Shown here one piece after another: positions 26,964 through 38,357 of a stretch of DNA of 64,000 nt. The stretch is taken from NCBI GenBank assembly GCA_965242925.1, contig CBDEUM010000038.1:315668-379667 (forward strand). The letters are read 5' to 3'. The stretch comes from Roseibacillus sp. (GTDB taxonomy: Bacteria; Verrucomicrobiota; Verrucomicrobiia; Verrucomicrobiales; Akkermansiaceae). The position numbers and the translations under genes were made by a program. The notes under the pieces are model-generated. The model saw only the letters and a list, made by a program, of their open reading frames with translations, was not told where the DNA came from and did not search any database. Numbering within the stretch: the stretch's first letter is position 1; each line of letters begins with the position of its first letter.

Positions 26964-28235
26964 TCAATCGGGGGTGGATGTTGAAGCGGACGCCGATGCC
27001 GGTTCGCGTTGGCGCTCGTGCAGACGGAGCTGTGTGATCTTCCAGGTGTTCTCCAGGGGTTCAACTACGAAGGTGGCACGGTAAAGGTTGGTGCGATCGT
27101 GGAAGTGCCCCCAGTGCCCCACCCGGCCACGGACCTCCCAGTTGCAGGTGGCAGTGAAGCCCGGTCGGTCGGGCAGGGGCGAGGGCTGTGAGTCTTCTAT
27201 GCGCAGATCATTCACGCGAACTCGGGAGCCGTCCCGGGCGCGGCTCTCAAGGGTACGCTGCACTTCGAGAAATATCGGGGTGAGGGCCGCTCCTCCCACC
27301 ACCTTGTTGAGGGCATCGTACTGTTCACTGCGTTTGCGATAGTGGAAGGAGTGGTAAACGCCGCGCAGGAGGGGATCGAGAATGCGGGACGACTGGGTCT
27401 CGTTGAGTTCGGTTCCGGAGCCCTTGCCGATCTCCACCTTGATGTGTGTGAGGCTTGTCGCGGTGATGGCAAGGAGGATGAGCAGGACTGCCAGAGCGGG
27501 GTTTTTCCGGTTGCTGCGCAGGAACCAGATGACCGGGGGAACAAGCCCCAGGCCAATCAGAACAGTGAGCCAGGGGAAACTGACGATGCTGGCGCCGAGG
27601 GTGGGCAGGAGAGGAGGGGGGAGAGGAGCGTTGCGACCGGCGGAGCGGTAGCGGCCGCGAATGTTCAAGGCAGGATTGAACTTGGTGAGATTGAAACTTC
27701 GTGTTCCAGCCGCATCGGCTACCTTGACAGTGACGAAGGGTGCGTTCTCGGGGATGAGGTTCCAGAAGACCTGAAGGGCCTGGCGGAGGTCCATGTTGGG
27801 GGCGGCGTAGACCACGCTAATCCGGATGTCCCGTGGAGAGACGGTTGCCTTTGGATCAATGAGGGAGAATTCGGTGGCCTTGGGTTCGATGAAGTGAATG
27901 CGGTCGAGAGTGAACTCGATCGGTTCATCCTGGATGGTGACGGGGCACTTCAGCGCCAGAAAGTTGCCGATCTTCGGTTTCAGGGCGGCTCGCTCCTCCG
28001 GGGAGAGTCTGGAATCTGCAGTGATTCCGAGATCGATCCACTGCTGCAGGGCGAGTGGACTTACGACGAACTCTTTCTCGATCTGCCAGGCATCAAGGTA
28101 GAGCGCTCCAGCCAGTTCGGCGGGAGGGGCAGGGGCCTCCTGCGCAGGCAGGCCCGAAGCGAACGAGATCGCGAAAGTCAGAGCGGCCCAGGGCTGAAGG
28201 GCAGGGATACTGATGCTGATTGTTTTTTGTGGCAT
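26964..28235 (-). CDS. Hypothetical envelope protein (signal peptide, two central TMs, C-terminal GHWGHFH motif)
   Basis: ATG 28235, signal-like N-terminus, TMs FPWLTVLIGLGLVPPVIWF and ALAVLLILLAITA, C-terminal WEVRGRVGHWGHFHDRTNLYRA; the stop abuts the ATPase start. Confidence 0.8.
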   Translation of the reverse strand: MPQKTISISIPALQPWAALTFAISFASGLPAQEAPAPPAELAGALYLDAWQIEKEFVVSPLALQQWIDLGITADSRLSPEERAALKPKIGNFLALKCPVTIQDEPIEFTLDRIHFIEPKATEFSLIDPKATVSPRDIRISVVYAAPNMDLRQALQVFWNLIPENAPFVTVKVADAAGTRSFNLTKFNPALNIRGRYRSAGRNAPLPPPLLPTLGASIVSFPWLTVLIGLGLVPPVIWFLRSNRKNPALAVLLILLAITATSLTHIKVEIGKGSGTELNETQSSRILDPLLRGVYHSFHYRKRSEQYDALNKVVGGAALTPIFLEVQRTLESRARDGSRVRVNDLRIEDSQPSPLPDRPGFTATCNWEVRGRVGHWGHFHDRTNLYRATFVVEPLENTWKITQLRLHERQREPASASASTSTPD

Positions 28236-28569
28236 GCGCGCGCGCGCAGGGCTTGATAGCGGGAGTCTACCGGGAGAGAGGAAGAGGAGCAAGGGTGTGG
28301 GAGCAGCGAGGGCGGCGGAGTTCCTGAAGTCTCTGGCCGGTGGTGCGGGGGCGAAATCAGCCCGCAGGGGATCCGGATGGCGGCCCGTGGACATTCGATC
28401 CAGGGGTGTTGGGAGTGGGGAAGTGTCGCCCGGGGACGACTTATTCCCATGCCTTCGGATCAAGTTGAAGGCCGGGAGCTCAGATTCATCCTCTAAAGGG
28501 ATTAATTCGGGACGGTTGGCTTGTAAGATCCCTTCGATACTGCCAAGCTTTATTGGCTCTAGAAAACCC

Positions 28570-31500
28570 ATGAGACACACGCACGGATTCCTTTCGTCGC
28601 TGGCGCTGACAGCCATTGCGATTTTCCCGGTCGGTTTCGTTCACGGTGCGGAAGGAGAGAACGAAGGCTCCGACCGTCCGGTCAGTTACTGGAACGACAT
28701 TCGACCGCTGATGCAGGCGAGTTGCCAAGGATGTCACCAGCCAGCCAAGGCCAAGGGTGATTATGTCCTCACCGATGTGAAGCGCCTTATTGAGGGGGGA
28801 GAAAGTGATGAGGCGGCAGTTCTTCCGGGAAAACCCGATGAGAGTCTTCTGATCGAGCAGATCACCCCTGATGATGATGGCAAGGCGGAGATGCCTCGCA
28901 GGGAGAAGGCTCTGCACGAAACCGAGATTGCTCTGCTCAGGCGGTGGATCGCCGAGGGCGCAGTGGATGATACGCCCGAGAATGCCTTCCAGAAATATGA
29001 CATGAATAATCCGCCGGTTTACGCGGTGCCACCGGTGGTGACTTCGATGGATTACTCTCCGGATGGTTCATTGCTCGCGGTGGCGGGTTTTCACGAGATC
29101 CTTATCCATAAGGCCGACGGGAGCGAGTTGGTGGCACGGTTGGTGGGGCTTTCCGAGCGCATAGAAAGTGTGGCCTTCTCGCCGGATGGCAGCATGGTGG
29201 CGGCAACCGGGGGGTTGCCAGGCCGGATGGGTGAGGTCCAGGTATGGAATGTAGCAAAGCAGACGCTCAAGGTCTCGGTGCCGGTGACCTACGACACGGT
29301 TTACGGGATCGCCTGGTCTCCGGACAGCAAGCTGGTTTCCTTCGGGTGCAGCGATAACACCCTTCGCGCGGTCAAGGTTTCGGACGGAAAACAGGTCCTT
29401 TTCATGGGGGGGCATAACGACTGGGTGCTCGATTCCGTCTTCTCCCGCGATGGCAAGCAGGTGATCAGCGTGGGGCGCGATATGACCGCCAAGCACACCG
29501 AGGTGGAAACTGAGAGACTCATCGATAACCTGACCTCTATTACACCTGGGGAGTTGAAGGGCGGGATAGCGGCGGTGGCGGGTCATCCATTGAAGGACGA
29601 GGTCCTGGTGGGTGGTTCCGATGGACAACCACAGGTCTTCCGCCTGAAGCGGCAGACTGCGCGCAAGATTGGGGACAACGCCAATGTGGTTCGCAAATTC
29701 CCACGTATGCCGGGGCGCATCTGGGACCTCTCCTTCAATAGAGACGGGAAACGGGCGGCGGGAGTCAGCAGCCTGAATGGGGGCGGAACGATCACCATCT
29801 ACAACTCCGAATACGACAGTAACATCCCTGGGGACATCAAGAATATCTTTAACAAGACACCTAACCCAGGAGAGAAGCAGAAACTGGAGGAATACTGGGC
29901 CCGCGAAGTGAACGTGCTTCATACCGTCGTTGTGCCGGAAACGGAGATGTTCTCGCTGGCGTTTTCTCCTGACGGCAAGATTCTTGCGGCAGCCGGGGCA
30001 GATGGAAAAGTACGCTTCATTGAAGTGGAGAACGGAAAGGTGAAGGGCGATTTTGTGCCCGTAAAGGTGGAAGGAGCCAAGGTCGTGGCCCAGCGTGAAA
30101 AAGGAGAGCAGAAGCCACTCAATCGGAAACGCGGAAAGCACGCAGAACTCAACGAGCGCAGGATCTCTGCGGACGAGATCATTTCCCTGTCCCTGGAACC
30201 CGGTGAGATCGTCTTCGACAAGTCCACCCAGTATGTGCAGCTCCTGGTGACGGCGGTTTTGAAACAGGGAGGGAAATCCGATGTGACTCGGCAGGTGTCG
30301 GTGGAGGGGGCGGGCGGACTCCTGGAAGTGACTCCGCGAGGGAGGGTTCAGCCCATCAGGGACGGGGAGGGAATGCTGTCCGTGAATTTAGGCAACCACA
30401 GGGCCGAGGTGAAGGTGATGGTTACGAATGTGAAGGAACACCGCATTCCCGACTATGTGCGGGATGTTAAGCCGGTGCTCAGCCGGATGGGTTGTGATGC
30501 GGGAACCTGTCATGGCTCCAAGGATGGGAAAAATGGATTTAAGCTTTCCCTCCGCGGCTACGATCCGCTCTTCGATGTGCGGGCCTTTAGCGATGATATT
30601 TCGGCCCGGCGTGTGAATTACGCCTCTCCCGACGATAGTCTCATGCTCCTGAAGGCAACCGGAGCGGTTCCCCACGAGGGGCAGCAGGTGACCCAACCGC
30701 ATTCGGAGTATTACCAGATTATCCGCGACTGGATCGCCAATGGCTCAAGCTTGGCCGACCCCAAGCCGGTAGTGAAGTCGATCGAGGTGTTTCCGAAGAA
30801 CCCCGTAATCCAGGAAGTGGGCGGGCAGCAGCAGATACGGGTGGTAGCAACCTATACGGATGGTTCGACGCGTGATGTGACGCGCGAATCGTTCGTGGAG
30901 GGTGCCAATCAGGACGTGGCGATCCATGACGATTATGGATTGATGACTACCCTGCGCCGGGGAGAAGCGCCTGTGCTGGCGCGCTACGAAGGTGCGTACG
31001 CGGCCACTACTCTGACAGTGATGGGAGATCGGAGCGGGTTCGAGTGGGTCGAGCAACCAGCCTGGGGAGAAATCGACAGACTGGTGGCCGCCAAGTGGCA
31101 GCGGATGAAGATCCTGCCGAGCGACCTTTGCAGCGATGAAGAGTTCATCCGAAGGGTTTATCTTGATTTAACCGGGTTGCCGCCCAAGTCGCTTCAACTG
31201 AAATTGTTCCTGGCGGATCCCACCGACTCGAAAACCAAGCGGGAGGAGGTTATCGATGATCTCATAGGTTCTCCTGAATTTGTGCAGCACTGGACAAACA
31301 AGTGGGCCGACATGCTCATGGTGAACAGTAAGTTCCTCGGAGGGGAGGGAGCAAAGATCTATCGGGAGTGGATCCGCAAGGAGGTGGAGACCAACACGCC
31401 TTATGACACTTTTGTGCGTAAGATACTCACCGCCAGTGGATCGAATAAGGAAAACCCGCCCGCGTCCTATTTCAAGATACATCGCGATCCGGACCTCCTG

Positions 31501-33691
31501 ATGGAGAATACCACGCACCTTTTCCTGGCGACCCGCTTCAACTGCAACAAGTGCCATGATCATCCCTTCGAGCGGTGGACCCAGAACCAGTACTATGAGA
31601 TCGCAGCCTACTTTTCCCGGGTGAAGCTGGAAAGGGACGGCAAAAATGCCCCCAAGCAGAACATTGGCGGAACCGCAGTAGAGGGAGCCAAGCCGCTCTA
31701 CGAGATCGCCAAGGATGCCGGAGAGGGGGAGATGAAGCACGAACGTACCGGCCAGGTAACCCCGCCGGCCTTTCCCTATCTGGTGAAGTATGAGAAGCCT
31801 CAGGCCACTCCCGAGAAGGGCCCCACCCGGCGCGAGGAGCTCGCAGCCTGGATTACGGCGAGTGGTAACCAGTTCTTCGGGCGGAGTTATGCCAACCGTA
31901 TCTGGGGGTATCTGATGGGAACGGGGGTGATCGAGCCGCTCGATGATATCCGTGCCGGCAACCCTCCTTCGAATCCTGAACTTCTAGACCATCTAACCAA
32001 CAAGTTCGTGGAAGGGGGCTTTGATGTACGCAAACTCATTGCCGAGATCTGCAAATCGCGGACCTATCAACTCTCCCTGACTACCAACAAATGGAATGAG
32101 GATGATCAGATCAACTTCTCTCATGCTCAGGCCCGTCGTCTTCCCGCGGAAGTGCTTTATGATGCGGTTCATGCGGTGACGGGTTCTGCGCCGAAGCTGC
32201 AGGCAAAGCAGATCGACGCCAAGCAGGACACCAAGAGTGGCCTGCTTGCTACGTTGGGCCGCCCCACCCGGGAGAGTGCCTGCGAGTGTGACCGCGCCAA
32301 TGATATGCAACTCAGCGGAGTGATGGCCCTTCTGAGCGGTCCCGACATTGCGGACGCCATTGCGGATCCCAAGAATGCGATTGCCAAGCTGGTGGATGAG
32401 CAGAAGGACGACGTGAAGCTGATCAAGGAAATCTACCTGCGGGTGCTCAATCGTGAACCGAGCTCTTCCGAGGTTCAGGTAGTGCAGGATAACTGGACCC
32501 TGATCCAACGGGATCACAAAGCGATGATGGACGATCTCTCCAGGCGTGAAAAGGAGTGGGAACCCGCTCGCAAGGAGCGGGAAGCCAAACGGCAGGCAGG
32601 GATAGACCAGGCCCAGAAGGATATCAGGGATTACCAAGCCCCAGCACGATGCCGAGCGCAAGCGTCTGGAGGGGGAGCGACAGAAAAAGATGAATGACTC
32701 CAAGAAGGCGATCGTTGATTACGAGGCGACCCTGCCGGTAAAGGTCGAGGAGTTCTCAGCCAAGGCCAAGATAGATGAAATTCCTACTAGGTGGCACCTC
32801 ATCAGGCCCGCTTCGGTGACCACTTCCGATAAGTCCAAGGTTGAGATCCTGTCGGACGGTTCCGTCAAGGGCAGTGGGGGTGAGCGAGCCTTCGACTACC
32901 TCGTCACGACGGAAACGAAGCTCACCAATATCACCGGTCTCATGATTGAGGCTGTGCCGGATCTTGCGTTTAACGGGGGACCGGGTCTGAGCAAGGATGG
33001 GAATATGGTGATCACGGAGTTGCAGGCCCGCTGGCAGAGCAAGGCGGAGGGAGCAAAGGGGATGGGAATCCCCTTTGCTGATGCCAAGGCCAGCTTCACT
33101 CAGAAGGAGTTTGATGTGAAGCGCACCTTTGACGGCAATCTCGATGGCGGAAACCGGGGATGGGCGCTCGGCGCCACAAATTACAAAGTGCCCCACCGGG
33201 CCGTCTATAAGCTGAAGGAACTCGTGAAGGGCGATTCAGAGAACGGCGCCACCCTCACGGTGGGCGTGCTCTGCCGTTTCAAGAGTCATCCGATAGGGCG
33301 TTTCCGTGTTTATATCACTACCGACGCTGATCCCCTGCACTTTGGAATCCCTGCCCACATCGCGGATGCATTCGGTAAAGAGGCGGAGCAGCGCAGCGAG
33401 GAGGAGAGAAAAGGTCTTGCGGCCTGGGTCGGAGAGAGCGACGTCGAATACCAGAATCGTCGCTGGGCGGCCAAAGGGCCCATTCCACCTGTCCCACCGG
33501 ACAAGAAGATCGAAGAGCTCAAGAAGGCCCTCAAGTATGCGGAAACGCCTATTGAGGAGGATCCCCGGCTCATCAGGTTCCGCAAAGACGTGGAAATGAG
33601 TGCCAGGCAGTCCAAGAATCCCCGGCTCACCGCTGCCCAGGATTTAACTTGGGCATTGATTAACACCCCCTCTTTCCTGTTTAATCACTGA
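28570..33691 (+). pseudogene. Large exported cytochrome c / WD40 / Ig-like / DUF1549 / DUF1553 protein, frameshifted near 32640 (pseudogene or assembly indel)
   Basis: Signal peptide at ATG 28570; SCQGCH, WD40 repeats, CDAGTCH, FIRRVYLDLTGLPP, FNCNKCHDHPF, NPPSNPELLD and RESACEC. The family-typical end QDLTWALINTPSFLFNH is in the next frame (32690-33691). Confidence 0.85.
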
Positions 33692-33736
33692 ATCAACCAC
33701 GCGGGGCAGGGATGTCCCGCGCCACCTGACTTAAAT

Positions 33737-35206
33737 ATGTTCCGTATCAAAGGCGCAAAGGGCCGCGATCTGTGCGATGCCCATCTCGGTTCCACCCGTC
33801 GTGACTTCCTCCGTGTGGGAGGAGCTGGCATGATGGGGATGACCCTTAACAACATCCTGGCGGCTCAGGATCAGTCGAAAGCGAGTCCGCATGCAGGCAG
33901 GGATGGCTGGGGCAAGGCCAAGAGCGTGATCCTGCTCTACCTGCAGGGGGGGCCGAGTCATCTCGACCTCTGGGATCCCAAGGAAAACGTCCCGGATAAG
34001 ATCCGTTCGGCCTTCAAGACCATTCCGACCCAGATCCCGGGGATTCACTTCACCGAAATTCTGCCCAAACTCGCCAAGGTGAACGATAAGTTCACCACGA
34101 TCAGGTCGATGAGCTACACCCCTAACGGGCTTTTCAATCACACGGCCGCGATCTACCAGATCATGACGGGTTATACTACGGACAAGGTGAGTCCGTCAGG
34201 CCAGCTTGAGCCCCCCTCGCCAAAGGACTTCCCTAATTTCGGTTCGAACATCATTCGGTTCAAACCCACTGACGAGCCCATGCTTCCTTTTGTCATGCTG
34301 CCCCGTCCACTCCAGGAGAGTAATGTGGTGGGCAAGGGAGGGACCGCCGGTTTTCTGGGCAAGGCTTACGATCCTTACTACCTCTACCCGCCAGGGGACG
34401 ACATGAAGATGAGCAAGATGGACGAGATTAATGTGGAGGACCTTCAACTTCGGCCTGAAGTCTTTTCCACCCGTCTCCGCCGCCGCGCCAATTTGCGTCA
34501 GACGATTGAGAGTCAGATGCCAGCCATCGAAAAGGCTGTCGAGAAGTATAACCTCGATAATTACTATGAGCAGGCGCTGAATCTGATCGTCTCGGGCAAG
34601 GCTCGCGAGGCGTTTGATCTGGGGATGGAAAGCGATGATCTGCGCGACCGCTACGGGCGCAACACCTTTGGACAGAGCTGTCTCCTGGCTCGCCGCCTGG
34701 TGGAGGCCGGTACCCGCGTGGTAGAGGTGGTCTGGCCCAAGGTAGCCAACTCCGACAACCACTCATGGGATCATCACAAGGATCTCAGCAAGCGCATGAA
34801 GACCCAATCGGGTCCCATGCTGGACGGTGGGTTGGCCACCCTCTTTGAGGATCTCGATGAACGTGGCATGCTTGACGAGACCCTGGTAGTGGCTATCGGG
34901 GAATTCGGCCGCGCTCCCGAAAAGGGCGTGAGCACTTCAGGTAATGGTAATAGCGCGGATGGCCGGGATCACTGGCCCTACTGCTATACCTCTGTCATAG
35001 GGGGAGCGGGAATCAAGCGCGGATACGTGCACGGGAAATCGGACAAGACGGGCTCCGCCCCGATCGAACTCCCGGTTCATCCGAGAGAGGTTCTCGCCAC
35101 CATTTATCACAGCGTGGGAATCGATCCGGAGACCGTGGTCCTCAATCATCTCAAGCAACCGCGTGAACTGGTCAAGGCCCAGGCAGTGGAGAAGCTCTTT
35201 GCATAG
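33737..35206 (+). CDS. DUF1501 family protein with Tat-like signal
   Basis: [50 protein letters not shown] and GRDHWP motifs; follows the DUF1549/1553 gene. Confidence 0.92.
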   Translation: MFRIKGAKGRDLCDAHLGSTRRDFLRVGGAGMMGMTLNNILAAQDQSKASPHAGRDGWGKAKSVILLYLQGGPSHLDLWDPKENVPDKIRSAFKTIPTQIPGIHFTEILPKLAKVNDKFTTIRSMSYTPNGLFNHTAAIYQIMTGYTTDKVSPSGQLEPPSPKDFPNFGSNIIRFKPTDEPMLPFVMLPRPLQESNVVGKGGTAGFLGKAYDPYYLYPPGDDMKMSKMDEINVEDLQLRPEVFSTRLRRRANLRQTIESQMPAIEKAVEKYNLDNYYEQALNLIVSGKAREAFDLGMESDDLRDRYGRNTFGQSCLLARRLVEAGTRVVEVVWPKVANSDNHSWDHHKDLSKRMKTQSGPMLDGGLATLFEDLDERGMLDETLVVAIGEFGRAPEKGVSTSGNGNSADGRDHWPYCYTSVIGGAGIKRGYVHGKSDKTGSAPIELPVHPREVLATIYHSVGIDPETVVLNHLKQPRELVKAQAVEKLFA

Positions 35207-35324
35207 GAGAGAGGCCTCTGGGAGGCGCCGGCAGTGGGGCTGATCGGGTTGAGCCCTCCATAGCAAGGGCGGCGGCATCCTTGCCGGGATTCTCCTTTTT
35301 CCGGCGACTGGGTGGTCCAGCCAT

Positions 35325-36377
35325 TCAGGCTGGAGCTGAGACTGGAAGGGCTTCCGCGGCGCGCTGGAAAGCTGCTGCAATGGGGGATTCTGCCCCGTCC
35401 AGCAATGCCACTGGTTCCCCGTTGTCGCAGCGCCGCCTGGTATCGGGATCGAGGGGAATCTGAGCAAGCAGGGGAACATTCATGAGTTCAGCCTCGCGCT
35501 GTCCTCCGCCTTCTCCGAAGAGATGGTATCTTGTGCCGTGCTCACACTCGAACCAGGACATGTTTTCGATGAGTCCGAGGATCTGGACGTTAACCTTGGC
35601 GAACATGCTGATGGCTTTGCGGGCGTCGATCAGGGCGACTTCCTGCGGAGTAGTGACCACGATGGCGCCGTCGAGAGCGACGGTTTGGACGGTGGTTAGT
35701 TGAATGTCTCCTGTTCCGGGAGGAAGATCGAGAATGAGGACATCGAGTTCACCCCAGGCCACCCCCTGGAGAAACTGCTGGGTATAACGGGTGGCAAGAG
35801 GACCCCGCACGATGACGGGAGCACTGTCACCAAGAAGGAATCCCATCGACATCAACTTGATGCCATGGGCTTCAATGGGAATGATACGCTCCTCTGTGTC
35901 GGCCATGGGTTGCTGGTCGGTGGCACCGAACATGAGGGCGATGGAGGGGCCGTAGAGATCGCAATCGCAGAGCCCGACCTTCAATCCCTGCCTGGAGAGG
36001 GCGACCGCAAGGTTGGAGGAAACCGTGGACTTGCCCACGCCTCCTTTTCCGGAAGCGACGGCGATGACCTGCTTGACACCGGGGATGGACTGTTTGTCAG
36101 TCGCTCCACCCGGTGTATTTGCGGCGCCGGGTGGATCCTGAATATCGATCCCGATCTGTACCTTTTCGGGATCGCCCGCTATTTCATCGAGGATCTCGTG
36201 GCACTCTTTGAAGATCTGCTCGGGAACTTCAGGGTCCCGGGTCTGTATCTGGATTCCCACTGATACAACCCCATTTTCGATCAGGATCGACTTCACCAGG
36301 CCAAAGGAGACGATGTCCCGGGAGAATCCCGGATATTTGACAACAGAGAGAGCATTGCGGATAGCGTCTTCGGTCAT
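35325..36377 (-). CDS. mrp: Mrp/ApbC/NBP35 Fe-S cluster carrier ATPase
   Basis: N-terminal RDIVSFGLV domain; ASGKGGVGKST, DLPPGTGD, VTTPQ and IENMS motifs. Confidence 0.93.
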   Translation of the reverse strand: MTEDAIRNALSVVKYPGFSRDIVSFGLVKSILIENGVVSVGIQIQTRDPEVPEQIFKECHEILDEIAGDPEKVQIGIDIQDPPGAANTPGGATDKQSIPGVKQVIAVASGKGGVGKSTVSSNLAVALSRQGLKVGLCDCDLYGPSIALMFGATDQQPMADTEERIIPIEAHGIKLMSMGFLLGDSAPVIVRGPLATRYTQQFLQGVAWGELDVLILDLPPGTGDIQLTTVQTVALDGAIVVTTPQEVALIDARKAISMFAKVNVQILGLIENMSWFECEHGTRYHLFGEGGGQREAELMNVPLLAQIPLDPDTRRRCDNGEPVALLDGAESPIAAAFQRAAEALPVSAPA

Positions 36378-36504
36378 GTGATAGATTGAGGGTTGTCGGT
36401 GGGCAATGCAGGATTGTCAAATCTTCCACGGGGGAGAGTTGGAATATTGAAGGTCACAGGGGATCTTCTGGAAAACCCTTCTGTCAGGTAGAGGTCGCGT
36501 TAGC

Positions 36505-37896
36505 TCAATAGCTCCTGCGGAGGTGACTGGGCAGGATGTTGAGTTGTTCGCGGTACTTTGCCACGGTGCGGCGGGCCACCTTGATCCCCTGCTGGGAGAG
36601 GATTTTCTGGATGGCAGAATCGGAAAGAGGCTTTTGCCGGTCCTCGGCATGAACAATGGATTGAAGGGTCTCCCGAACCCCCTCGTTGGAGACGGCATGT
36701 CCCTCCGAGGTCTTATAGCCGGTGGCGAAGAATCGGCGCAATTCAATCACGCCATGGGGAGTGCGGGCGTGCTTGCCAGCCACCGCTCGCGAGACGGTAG
36801 CGGGGTGCACCTCGATGGCTTCTGCAATCTCGTTCATGGTGAGGGGCTTCAGGCTGCGCGGGCCGTTCTCAAGGAACTCGATCTGGTGTCTGATGATCTC
36901 CTCGGAGATGGCGAGGATGGTCGCCTGGCGCTGGTCGAGGGCCTTGATGAGGGTGCGGCCTTCGCGAAGCTGATTACGCAGATAGGTGCGTAGCTTGCGG
37001 TCGGGGCTGGTGGCCACCAGATCCTTGTATGTGTCGCTCAGTCGGAGACGGGGCAGGTATTCGTTGGTGAGCATTGCGATCCACTCGCCCTCGCCGTCTT
37101 TCTCCAATGAGACATCAGGGATGATGTAGGGGTTGCTGGAAGGATCGAAGGAGGTTCCCGGAGCGGGATCAAGTTGAGCGATATGGGTAGCGGCCTCTAC
37201 CACCTCCTCGACACTCACGGTGAGTGCGCGTGCTATTTTCGGATAGTGTTTGCGTGCCAGTTCATTGAGATGGTTCTCGACGATACGGAATTCCAGCGAG
37301 TCCAACCGGTTGGAGCGATGCAACTGTACGAGCAGGGATTCCTGGAGGTCATCCACCGCGATTCCCGGTGGATCGAAGCTCTGAAGGATAGTCTTCGCGC
37401 GTTCCAGGTCGTCGACCGGAATGCCCAGACGGCGACCGACTTCTGCAAGGGGTTCATCGAAATAGCCTCGTTCGTCCATGTTGCCGATGAGAGCCAGCGC
37501 AGCGACCCGCAATTCATCGGGGAGGGCGGACAGATTGAGTTGGTCGGCCAGATGCTGCTGGAAGGTTTCCGGACCTACGATGGAGTTGTAGAGGTGTTCC
37601 CGGCGCTCTTCGTCTTCTCGGCTGGATCCGTTGGCACGCCGCTCCGTGATGGCAAGTTCGCGGAGATCATCGTCAGGTGACTCTACCAGTTCGTCGGGGT
37701 CCGCCTCCTTCCGGTCGAGGTCGTCGAGGGAGAGGGTGGACAGTTCGTGCTCCAGGACCGGGTTGGTCTCAAGAAACTGGCGCAGTAACTGTTGCAGCTC
37801 CAGGGTGTTCGACTGCAGAATTTCCAGACTCTGGCGCATCTGAGGCGCGAGAGTCTGAGTCTGGCTGACGGTCTGGGTGAGAGCTGGCCCGGGCAT
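36505..37896 (-). CDS. rpoN: RNA polymerase sigma-54 factor
   Basis: Gln-rich N-terminus (QTQTLAPQMRQSLEILQ), HTH LKPLTMNEIAE...TVSRA and RpoN box ARRTVAKYRE. Confidence 0.97.
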   Translation of the reverse strand: MPGPALTQTVSQTQTLAPQMRQSLEILQSNTLELQQLLRQFLETNPVLEHELSTLSLDDLDRKEADPDELVESPDDDLRELAITERRANGSSREDEERREHLYNSIVGPETFQQHLADQLNLSALPDELRVAALALIGNMDERGYFDEPLAEVGRRLGIPVDDLERAKTILQSFDPPGIAVDDLQESLLVQLHRSNRLDSLEFRIVENHLNELARKHYPKIARALTVSVEEVVEAATHIAQLDPAPGTSFDPSSNPYIIPDVSLEKDGEGEWIAMLTNEYLPRLRLSDTYKDLVATSPDRKLRTYLRNQLREGRTLIKALDQRQATILAISEEIIRHQIEFLENGPRSLKPLTMNEIAEAIEVHPATVSRAVAGKHARTPHGVIELRRFFATGYKTSEGHAVSNEGVRETLQSIVHAEDRQKPLSDSAIQKILSQQGIKVARRTVAKYREQLNILPSHLRRSY

Positions 37897-37954
37897 TACA
37901 AGTTGAACTGCAACAACACCATGGCACTTCTTTTCTGAGACGCCAGCGTTTTTG

Positions 37955-37972
37955 AAGCAGTATCCATGCCAA
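37955..37972 (-). promoter_or_regulatory. Sigma54 -24/-12 element upstream of rpoN
   Basis: Minus strand TTGGCATGGATACTGCTT has GG-N10-GC and 2 mismatches to YTGGCACGNNNNTTGCW, oriented toward rpoN. Confidence 0.7.
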
Positions 37973-38357
37973 TTCCGACAGGATCATTCGGTTCCTTTCA
38001 GGGTGGAGCTCATCAGGGCCATTGAAGTTGGATCGGAGTTCCTTTCTTGAGTGGCAGATTCGCGAACGGAGTTGCGATTGATGGTGGATCTGAGAATCCT
38101 TGGAATCGGCAATCTAGCAACCGCCACCTCAGTGGCAGTGTCGATCGTTCTAACTTCGAGTTCACTGGTGCGATAGTTGGCAGGAGTGCCCCTTTGAAGG
38201 GGAGGCGTGGAATTCGGCGGTGTCAGGAGTCACTATGAACGGGGGCTATCCCGGTTTCGGGCTGTTTAGTTGGTTGATTGTGAGGTAGTAAGAATATATT
38301 CAGAGGCTTTTGCGGGATCGGACTTGCCAATGCTGCGGAGCTTCTATTGACTCGCTT

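Noticed and set aside
28213..28616. Overlapping N-terminal extensions of ORFs 26964-28616 (-) and 28213-32697 (+)
   Set aside because: Signal peptides begin at ATG 28235 (-) and ATG 28570 (+); the sequence between is a divergent intergenic region.
37980..38357. Purine riboswitch upstream of guaB
   Set aside because: No recognisable purine aptamer core; an Rfam scan would be needed to exclude it fully.
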